A DNA stretch of 61,552 nt, the filler included, from Syncephalis fuscata S228 (lineage: Eukaryota > Fungi > Zoopagomycota): the NCBI GenBank assembly GCA_025786725.1. It is 3 parts of 3 records of this genome, joined end to end, with 100 filler letters (N's around TTAATTAATTAA, not from the genome) between each part and the next. Parts side by side here need not be neighbours in the genome. Positions count along the whole stretch, not along the records: positions 1 to 25,991 come from JAHLTZ010000115.1; 2 more parts are not named here. One strand, given 5' to 3'. This document shows, one piece after another, positions 1-10,899 of this stretch (position 1 is the stretch's first letter; each line of letters begins with the position of its first letter). Below the pieces are notes generated by a model. The model did not search any database. It was not told the DNA's origin and saw only the letters and a list, made by a program, of their open reading frames with translations. The position numbers and the translations under genes were made by a program.

Positions 1-83
1 GGAATGGCAGTCTTTTCTTTTCTTTATTACTTCGTTAGCTATCACTTTATTCGTATTTCGTATAACTAAGCGACTACATCATA

Positions 84-547
84 ATGGACACTAGTCTACA
101 AAACTTGCTGGATTCCATGTAAGTAGACAATGAAGCGATAGAACTAAACTAATTATAGCTATAGTATGCAAGAAGAAGGAGTCAAAGGCGTGCTAGTAAC
201 GGACGAGCAAGGATTATGTTTGGCCAGTAAGTGTTTAGTACAGTGTCAATTTTATACGAAGACTGCAAGGCTAATCAACATTATATAGCGCGAGGAATAG
301 CCTCAGTTGAAGCGGCAAGTTTTATTGCTGCTATTTCCGACCGTGCCGCAGAATTGTCAAGAGCCACGATAGATACAAATGATAGCTCAAATAATACACA
401 GCCAACAATTCGTATTGAAGCCGGCAATAATACGTATCCTTTTTCACGAATGATTACTATACGATTATGACAGTATTTATCTTTAATTTACATAGATCCA
501 TATATATCCGCTCACATGGCACCTATACACTAGCTATTTATCGTTAA
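84..547 (+). CDS. LAMTOR5: Ragulator subunit LAMTOR5/HBXIP-like, 4 exons
   Basis: Manual splice model MDTSLQNLLDS/MQEEGVKGVLVTDEQGLCLA/ARGIASVEAASFIAAISDRAAEL...PTIRIEAGN/SIYIRSHGTYTLAIYR*. Resembles LAMTOR5 (GVLCTDSQGLNLG...RG...vclEsd); GT-AG introns. Confidence 0.8.
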
Positions 548-618
548 TGGTCTATTAAGTGATATATTCATGATACAGTAATAAATAGTATATATTATTG
601 TTATCATTGTTATTGCTA

Positions 619-1417
619 TTAAGACGCGTTATCTTTTTGATATAATTTAAATTCTGGTGGCAATTGATCCTCAGCCAGTAGCTGGTCTGTAAAATAAATA
701 CGTTTTAGTCGGCAGTTGGCGTGAACACGTATATAATCGCACTGCGTATATGTACTGCCATAAGCACGGCGAACTAGATTAGCTAGATCAATACGCAGTT
801 GATTCCAGTCATCATCTAGCTGTAGTGGCAGTAGACATAGCTCATCTGTTATGTGGTCTTTTTTCTAAATAAAATGATTGTAGCTAGTGTTATTTATAAT
901 AATCAATATATTGATTGTAGATTGTTACCTGGTAGTTGGCCAGTCTAAAACGACGTGTAGTTCCGCGATTATCGCGTAGACCTACTTCCAGACTAAAGTA
1001 TTTGCTCATGCTTCTCATAAGCAAAACAACAAATGGCAGTCGGATGCTTAAGGATTGACCCAATCTAGCGGGACACATTATGTAGACAGCTCGACTATCC
1101 GACGACCATAGCTGTAATACACGTCCATGGATCATGTCATCGTCAGTAAATTGAATCGTAGCATCCAAGTCTTCGCTTGAGCAGTTATTAGTGCCATTAG
1201 CCTCTGTTACCGATGCAGGTAATGGTGAGGGCGATATGGCTTGCCAAATTTCTAAAGGATGTCCTCTATATTTATAATTCAATAGCTAGTCTTGAAGATT
1301 GCAATTACAACTTACCCTTCACTATAGAACAGCGAGAGGAATCCAGACTGTTTAATTTATAAATAACAGAAGTGTCTCTTAAAGCTATCTACTTACCTGA
1401 TAAATGTGAGAGAACAT
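619..1417 (-). CDS. CFAP20: CFAP20/BUG22 (DUF667) family protein, 4 exons
   Basis: MFSHIYQ/SGFLSLFYSEG/HPLEIW...IMCPA...LSIRLPFVVLLMRSMSKYFSLEV...RRFRLANYQ/...LQLDDDWNQLRIDL...RRAYGSTY...VHANCRLKRIYFTDQLLAEDQLPPEFKLY is collinear with CFAP20 end to end. Confidence 0.92.
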
Positions 1418-1491
1418 GCGAAATATAAAAAGTAGACAAAAACTAAGCTTTGACGAAACTGCTGCTACTTTATTTTCTTTCATTTTTCAAT

Positions 1492-2481
1492 ATGTCGTCA
1501 CCGGCCCTGACAACGTCTGCATTGGTACCAAAATGTTTATTGGTCGATATTGAAGGTACAACTACTTCAATAAGCTTTGTACACGATAAGTTATTTCCGC
1601 TGGTACGCGCAGAACTAGCCTCATTCCTGGATGCAGCATGGACGCGAGCGGATGTTCAAGATAGTGTAGCACTCATTCGCCAACAGGTAATAGCTATGTA
1701 CGCTATATTATTGGTATACACTGACAGAGTGTCAAGGCAGTAGAAGACCATAGTAATGGCCTTTCTGAATGCCCCGTTATTCCTGAGTCTGGCGAGGCAG
1801 CTGATATCAAGGAGGCAGTCAAAGCCAATGTGTTATGGCAGATGGATAGTGATCGAAAGACCGGTGGATTAAAGCGATTGCAAGGGCAGATATGGCGTAA
1901 TGCTTACGAGTCAGGCACAGTAAAGGGAGAGTAAGTTGACTAGAACATATAGGTAAACCAAATAAATAAATTAATTAAATACGATATAGATTATTCGAAG
2001 ATGTGTTGCCTGCACTGCATCGATGTCAAGCGTTAAACGTGCCTGTCTACGTATATTCGTCTGGTAGTGTCGAAGCTCAGAAACTTTTGTTTACCCATTC
2101 GGAATATGGTAATCTCCAGCCGGTATGTATATTATAAGTTTTGACATTAGCAAGTTCTAAATAGTTTATTTTACAGCTATTTTCGGGTAATTTTGATACG
2201 ACTATTGGCAGTAAGATTGAATCTGCTTCGTATATTGCCATTGCTCAGCAAATTCAACTGCCCACTAAAGATATTCTGTTTTTAAGCGACAATCCTAAAG
2301 GTATAGTGCACAATAATTTAGCTGTTAGCTATCTCACACAGCGTGAATAGAAATAAAAGCGGCCAGTGATACAGGAATGCAAACGGCCATTCTGGATCGT
2401 CCAGGCAATGCGCCATTAGATGAAATGACGCGCAATAGTTATTTGGTTTTAAATTCATTTGAGTCATTATTTGTTGTATGA
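1492..2481 (+). CDS. UTR4: Enolase-phosphatase E1 (methionine salvage, HAD family), multi-exon
   Basis: [65 protein letters not shown] motifs of ENOPH1/MtnC. Confidence 0.93.
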
Positions 2482-2988
2482 TTAAGTATCGTTAATGACG
2501 CACAAATAAATACGTTATAATGTTTATGTAAAAATAACTTTTCTAAATTCATATATTAATTGGTTAAGGATGGAAAAAACACTTTGGCAATACGTAAACG
2601 TGACAGTTAATTTGTCCTTACTGTATTGTATAGTGTCAAACTTTATACCTATTATGATTAGCATTATCGACGATGATATTGCTAATGTTTAAATTCAAAT
2701 CAAATATAGGCATAGATATAGCATATTAACCAAATATAATTAATGAAACCATGTGTTTATTACTGCAAGTTTGCATGGCTGAATAAACACAGCCAGATGC
2801 AGATTTCTTGATAATGTAATGGCATCATTAATTAAGAGTTGAATAGACCGGAGCATTGGTTGGAATTTGATATGTGAATGAACTGGACAGTAACTAGCTG
2901 GTGGTCTTGTTTTTGTCGAATAGATACTTAAAGTGTATTAGATTACCATTTTAGTAACACTGAAAATGCCAATGCATTTAAAGTATGG

Positions 2989-5900
2989 TTATCCTATTAA
3001 TAAATAATATGCCACATACGATGTGATTAGTTTAGTATATAGTATTATACAGCTATACTTACTGTTTATAAATACAAGTTATCCGATACAAAATGTATGG
3101 TATTCAATTAGTGCATGATCAATGTTATAAAATGCCATTTATCAATTATTGATACAGGCCATTAAACAAAAATATCGCATAGTGTATAATTAATATTAAC
3201 GCTACTTACAAACTATTGGTATAAGTTATTAAACACATACGAAATATAGCATGTAATTAATACATAGTTAATTGCCATACAATGCTGTTTACTGGCTATT
3301 GGTGCAATTTATCAAATAACCGCAGTACATGGCATTTAATTAGTATGCCATTCAATAATTATACAATGTTACTTACGCGCTATTAATGCAGGCCATTAGG
3401 CACACATATTGCACAGCATGTAATTAGTACGTATTCAATAAATATACATTACTACTTACAAGCTATTAATGCAAGTTAACAAACAATCGCGGTATATAAT
3501 ATGTAGTTAGTATATAATTGATTACTATGTGATGCTACATACAAGCTATTAATGCAAGTCATTAAGCATACATATGTATAGCATATAATTAACATAAAAT
3601 TGAATAATATAAATGTTACTTACTATCTATTAATGCAAATCACCAAGCACATACAATGCATACCATGTAATTAGTACATAGTTAATGAATATACAATACC
3701 ACTTACTTGCTATTAGCATAGTTATTAAGTATAAATTACACCATATGTTTAGTATGTAATTGCTTAATAAATAGTACTACTTACTGTCTATTAGTATAAA
3801 CCATTAAACACGTATAGCGCATATAATGTAATAAGTACATAAGCAATGAATATGCAGTATCACTTACCTGCTGTTGGCGTAGCTATTACACACAATTATA
3901 TTATATGTTTAGTATGCAGTTGCTTAATAGACCATACCACTTACGAGCTATCAATGCAAACCATCAAACACATAGTGCATAGTATATGGTTAGTACATAG
4001 CTAATAAATATGCAGTATCACTTACCTGCTATTGGCGTAGCTATTACACACAATTATATTATATGTTTAGTATGCAGTTGCTTAATAGACCATACCACTT
4101 ACGAGCTATCAATGCAAATCATCAAACACATAGTGCATAGTACATGGTTAGTACATAGCTAATAAATATGCAGTATCACTTACCTGCTATTGGCGTAGCT
4201 ATTACACACAATTACATTATATGTTTAGTATGCAGTTGCTTAATAGACCATACCACTTACGAGCTATCAATGCAAATCATCAAACACATAGTGCATAGTA
4301 CATGGTTAGTACATAGCTAATAAATATGCAGTGTCACTTACCTGCTATTGGCGTAGCTATTACACACAATTACATTATATGTTTAGTATGCAGTTGCTTA
4401 ATAGACCATACCACTTACGAGCTATCAATGCAAATCATCAAACACATAGTGCATAGTACATGGTTAGTACATAGCTAATAAATATGCAGTGTCACTTACC
4501 TGCTATTGGCGTAGCTATTACACACAATTACATTATATGTTTAGTATGCAGTTGCTTAATAGACCATACCACTTACGAGCTATCAATGCAAATCATCAAA
4601 CACATAGTGCATAGTACATGGTTAGTACATAGCTAATAAATATGCAGTGCCACTTACCTGCTATTGGCGTAGCTATTACACACAATTACATTATATGTTT
4701 AGTATGCAGTTGCCTAATAGACCATACCACTTACGAGCTATCAATGCAAACCATCAAACACATAGTGCATAGTACATGGTTAGTACATAGCTAATAAATA
4801 TGCAGTGTCACTTACCTGCTATTGGCGTAGCTATTACACACAATTATATTACATGTTTAGTATGCAATTGCTTAATAGGCCATGCCACTTACGAGCTACC
4901 AATGCAAACCATCAAACACATAGTGCATAGTAAATGGTTAGTACATAGCTAACAAATATGCAGTATCACTTACTCCCTATTAGCATAGTTATTAAACAGT
5001 TTATATTACATTAGTATGCAATTGCTTAATAAACCGTGCCACTTACAAACTATTAATGTATTTGTCAAACACATAGTGCACAGTATATAATTAGTACATA
5101 GCTAATAAATATGCAATGTCACCTACTTGATATCGGCGTAGCTATTACACACAATTATATTACATGTTTAGTATGCAATTGCTTAATAGACCATGCCACT
5201 TACGAGCTATCAATGCAAACCATCAAACACATAGTGCATAGTAAATGGTTAGTACATAGTAAATGGTTAGTACATAGCTAACAAATATGCAGTATCACTT
5301 ACTCCCTATTAGCATAGTGATTAAACAGTTTATATTACATTAGTATGCAATTGCTTAATAGACCATGCCACTTACAAACTAGCAATGCAAATCATCAAAC
5401 ACATAGTGCACAGTATATAATTAGTACATAGCTAATAAATATGCAATGTCACCTACTTGATATCGGCGTAGCTATTACACACAATTATATTACATGTTTA
5501 GTATGCAATTGCTTAATAGGCCATGCCACTTACGAGCTATCAATGCAAACCATCAAACACATAGTGCATATTACATGGTTAGTACATAGCTAACAAATAT
5601 GCAGTATCACTTACTCCCTATTAGCATAGTGATTAAACAGTTTATATTACATTAGTATGCAATTGCTTAATAGACCATGCCACTTACAAACTATTAATGT
5701 ATTTTGTCAAACACGTATAGCGCACAGTATATAATTAGTACATAGCTAATAAATATGCAGTGTCACCTACTTGATATCGGCGTAGCTATTACACACAATT
5801 ATATTACATGTTTAGTATGCAGTTGCTTAATAGACCATGCCACTTACGAGCTATCAATGCAAACCATCAAACACATAGTGCATATTACATGGTTAGTACA

Positions 5901-8900
5901 TAGCTAACGAATATGCAGTATCGCTTACTCCCTATTAGCATAGTTATTAAACAGTTTATATTACATTAGTATGCAATTGCTTAATAGACCATGCCACTTA
6001 CAAACTATTAATGTATTTGTCAAACACATAGTGCACAGTATATAATTAGTACATAGCTAATAAATATGCAGTGTCACCTACTTGATATCGGCGTAGCTAT
6101 TACACACAATTATATTACATGTTTAGTATGCAATTGCTTAATAGGCCATGCCACTTACGAGCTACCAATGCAAACCATCAAACACATAGTGCATAGTAAA
6201 TGGTTAGTACATAGCTAACAAATATGCAGTATCACTTACTCCCTATTAGCATAGTGATTAAACAGTTTATATTACATTAGTATGCAATTGCTTAATAGAC
6301 CATGCCACTTACAAACTAGCAATGCAAATCATCAAACACATAGTGCACAGTATATAATTAGTACATAGCTAATAAATATGCAATGTCACCTACTTGATAT
6401 CGGCGTAGCTATTACACACAATTATATTACATGTTTAGTATGCAATTGCTTAATAGGCCATGCCACTTACGAGCTATCAATGCAAACCATCAAACACATA
6501 GTGCATATTACATGGTTAGTACATAGCTAACAAATATGCAGTATCACTTACTCCCTATTAGCATAGTGATTAAACAGTTTATATTACATTAGTATGCAAT
6601 TGCTTAATAGACCATGCCACTTACAAACTATTAATGTATTTTGTCAAACACGTATAGCGCACAGTATATAATTAGTACATAGCTAATAAATATGCAGTGT
6701 CACCTACTTGATATCGGCGTAGCTATTACACACAATTATATTACATGTTTAGTATGCAGTTGCTTAATAGGCCATGCCACTTACGTTCTAGTAATGCAAA
6801 CCATTAAATAAATAGTGCATAGTATATGGTTAGTACATAGCTAACGAATATGCAGTATCACTTACTCCCTATTAGCATAGTGATTAAACAGTTTATATTA
6901 CATGTTTAGTATGCAATTGCTTAATAGACCATGCCACTTACAAACTATTAATGTATTTTGTCAAACACGTATAGCGCACAGTATATAATTAGTACATAGC
7001 TAATAAATATGCAGTGTCACCTACTTGATATCGGCGTAGCTATTACACACAATTATATTACATGTTTAGTATGCAATTGCTTAATAGGCCATGCCACTTA
7101 CGAGCTACCAATGCAAACCATCAAACACATAGTGCATAGTAAATGGTTAGTACATAGCTAACAAATATGCAGTATCACTTACTCCCTATTAGCATAGTGA
7201 TTAAACAGTTTATATTACATTAGTATGCAATTGCTTAATAAACCGTGCCACTTACAAACTATTAATGTATTTGTCAAACACATAGTGCACAGTATATAAT
7301 TAGTACATAGCTAATAAATATGCAATGTCACCTACTTGATATCGGCGTAGCTATTACACACAATTATATTACATGTTTAGTATGCAATTGCTTAATAGGC
7401 CATGCCACTTACGTTCTAGTAATGCAAACCATTAAATAAATAGTGCATAGTATATGGTTAGTACATAGCTAACGAATATGCAGTATCACTTACTCCCTAT
7501 TAGCATAGTGATTAAACAGTTTATATTACATGTTTAGTATGCAATTGCTTAATAGACCATGCCACTTACAAACTATTAATGTATTTGTCAAACACGTATA
7601 GTGCACAGTATATAATTAGTACATAGCTAATAAATATGCAATGTCACCTACTTGATATCGGCGTAGCTATTACACACAATTATATTATATGTTTAGTATG
7701 CAATTGCTTAATAGACCATGCCACTTACGTTCTAGTAATGCAAACCATTAAATAAATAGTGCATAGTATATGGTTAGTACATAGCTAACGAATATGCAGT
7801 ATCACTTACTCCCTATTAGCATAGTGATTAAACAGTTTATATTACATGTTTAGTATGCAATTGCTTAATAGACCATGCCACTTACAAACTATTAATGTAT
7901 TTTGTCAAACACGTATAGCGCACAGTATATAATTAGTGCATAGCTAATAAATATGCAGTGTCACCTACTTGATATCGGCGTAGCTATTACACACAATTAT
8001 ATTACATGTTTAGTATGCAATTGCTTAATAGGCCATGCCACTTACGAGCTATCAATGCAAACCATCAAACACATAGTGCATATTACATGGTTAGTACATA
8101 GCTAACAAATATGCAGTATCACTTACTCCCTATTAGCATAGTGATTAAACAGTTTATATTACATTAGTATGCAATTGCTTAATAGACCGTGCCACTTACA
8201 AACTATTAATGTATTTGTCAAACACGTGTAGTGCATAGTATATAATTAGTACATAGCTAATAAATATGCAGTGTCACCTACTTGATATCGGCGTAGCTAT
8301 TACACACAATTATATTATATGTTTAGTATGCAGTTGCTTAATAGACCATGCCACTTACAAGCTATTAGTACAAATTATTAAACACATATAGTGCATAGCA
8401 TATAATTAGTACATAGTCAATTGGTTTACAATGCTACTTACAAGCTAGTAATATATAGTATCAGATACACGTAGTGTATTATATATGTTTAGTGTATATT
8501 AAATTGACATACAATTTCACTTACGAACTATTAAGTTTAAATTGATAATAAGACAATATTTAGTTTAGATAGCCTATTTTTACTGTGACTTACCTTTTAT
8601 TAATTTAAATGCAATACATTCGTATCATCAGTGGAGTGTTTAGTTATTTTTTACAGTAAACCTACTCTTAGCCAATGGTCCTAATTAAACCATTATTTAT
8701 TAACAAGCAGCAATTAATTAGCATATCGTTAAACATATACAGCCAACACTTACCAACTGTTTAAGCATGTTTATAGCATGTATAGCAGCATTGAATAAGC
8801 GTTAGAACAATGGTCAATAATTACGACTTACCAACTAATACCATTATCAGTTGAATATAATGTTAGTAAGCATAAGATTATTAAATATTTATTGTAGTTA

Positions 8901-9002
8901 CAACATACCACGTCGAATTAGAGCCGACCTAGCATCCACCATGAATGTAAAGACTGTAAAAGTCACAATAATGATGCAGACGACGGCAATAGAAAGCTTC
9001 AT
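2989..9002 (-). CDS. Putative secreted Pro/Thr/Ser-rich peptide precursor: signal-peptide exon plus ~70 microexons of 3 or 15 nt
   Basis: Exon 1 at 9002-8909 (MKLSIAVVCIIIVTFTVFTFMVDARSALIRR+G, donor GTATGT). Then ~74 units with YAG|NNN|GTAAGT. Terminal acceptor at 2996-2994 is followed by GA TAA. The conceptual splice has no internal stop. Confidence 0.7.
3056..8908 (-). repeat. Tandem array of ~79-bp intron+microexon units with higher-order periods of 158 bp and ~311-317 bp
   Basis: CACTTAC (reverse complement of GTAAGTG) recurs every ~73-83 bp. Exact 158-bp period at 3868/4026/4184/4342/4500/4658/4816. A 4-unit period runs from ~4970 to ~8360, with diverged monomers at both ends. Confidence 0.97.
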
Positions 9003-10899
9003 GCTGATATTGGTTTGTTGAAACAAAAAAAGGTGAATAATGCAGTGTGATGCTATAGAGTAGGCAGTAGTGAGTGTTTGACAAAAAGTAGAGTGTGATG
9101 CTGATGCCACTAATTAGCTGTGCGTATTGTGTGGTCTATTTAAGTCTATGTTTAATTTGAAGCACCAGAAAACGTATTCTATGTGTTATACTACTGGAAT
9201 ACAATGTAATCATTAAAGCATGTGTAGATTGACAAAGCAGCGCCGTGACTGCATTTGGTCTAGTTCTTTGTTTTAACCTGTTTTTATTTACCCGGGTAAT
9301 ATGGCAACGCAAATAATCTGGTACATGTACAGTAAAATTCTACATAGATTTCTACTACATTACTAAACAGTCCAATTACGCAATGCAAACTGGATCTATT
9401 GGTTACAAAATACATGATTTTGCTATCCTTTGTGTTTAAGCACAAAGGATAATTACAGGCGGAAGCGGGAGCGAACAAGAGGGTGAGTCAATATTGAAAT
9501 AATATTATCGTTCTGTAAACTGCCCAGTGGGTCAGACAGCCAATTGAACAAAGAACAATAATGAATATACATTGCTACCAAACGATTTATTTAATGTAAA
9601 TGCGTGTCAGATATGAGAAAAGGAAAGAGCCATTGGTTGACAATAAATGGGCGTTGAACATGTATTTATTTGGCTATTTGTTCCCAAGTATATCGGTCGT
9701 TCCACAGATTCCTACCATTACGCATAAATTGGTTGTGGCCCTTTAAGTCATTAAAATATACTGACTGGATCACACATGCCTCAATTCGACATTGCAGCTC
9801 GACTACAAAGGCAGGTGATCTTTGTTTAGCTTCGTACTACCAGATGCCAATATAGACTGTTCTGTTGCCCATGAATTACTTTTCATTATTTATTACTTTT
9901 CAGATATATGTATTTTTGATAATAATACATTGTGTTTAGTCGTTATTATGACTAACTGATTGACCTTAAAACAACATGAACTGACTGTTACATGCATTTA
10001 TATGTCAAACATTGGGTTATATCCATTAGGTTGTCTCAGTCATATTCGTTCAGAATTAATTGTACAACAGCAGTGCATGTTATGTCAAGTAGTAGCAATT
10101 CTGCTGTGCATATGACTCACACAGCAATGGCCTGATTAAAATAACAGGTTTGCAATTTGAAATTTGTTTCAAAGGCTTGATATTTCGGTCATGTCTTTAT
10201 GTTCTGAAATCCGATACTGAAGATGCATTGTGCAAGCTATGCTTATTTTAGTAATTTATCTACTGATCACAATATCTACTGCCTGCTTTTTTAAACATTT
10301 ATCTACATTTAATATTATTTCTAAATTAAATAAATTATTCTGTTAATTAGAAAGAAGTATAGTCCAGTGGTGATCATTATAGTCCAAACTACCATTTTCA
10401 AAGCCTACATGGCTAAAGTCTTTATTAAAAAAAGGATTAAAAATTGCTACTGCTTAATTCACTAAGATTTTTATGTTACTATTTTATTTTAGAAATAACG
10501 TGTTTTGAACAAAAAACCAATAATAGAGAAAATGGAAATAAATATGCAAGTAAGATGCCAAGATTCTAAATAACTGGTTAGCTAAACCATATTATTTTTT
10601 AGAATGTAACAGTCCTTAGTTCTTTATTCCTGGTTCTTTGTTGTCGTTTTTTTCGCTTAATTGGGAACTTGTTTTTAAACAATTATCGGGCGATTGAATG
10701 CACTACATGTGTTCTTGGCTATTTCAACGCCCAAATACTTATAAAAAGTTATTTTATGTGAAATAAAGCTATCACTATGCATATTTGCCTTCCATAATTC
10801 CAAATTCTAGTTATAGTTACAAGATTTATTGATTTACTCAAACTGAAGTATTGTAAAAATACTGGAACAATACCAATAGCATACTAAATAAATTTGAAA

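Noticed and set aside
8591-8600. Recursive (zero-length exon) splice site AAAG|GTAAGT
   Set aside because: Equally explained as a decayed unit (TAA|AAG|GT); a single instance that cannot be supported without RNA data.
3056-8908. CRISPR array or plain centromeric satellite
   Set aside because: Eukaryotic context, no cas genes and no unique spacers. The conserved positions coincide with splice signals, and the array is bracketed by a signal-peptide exon and a terminal exon.
8898-9110. 70-aa ORF as a complete small protein
   Set aside because: The likely start is the internal ATG at 9002, and the ORF runs through a GTATGT donor; it is exon 1 of the microexon gene.
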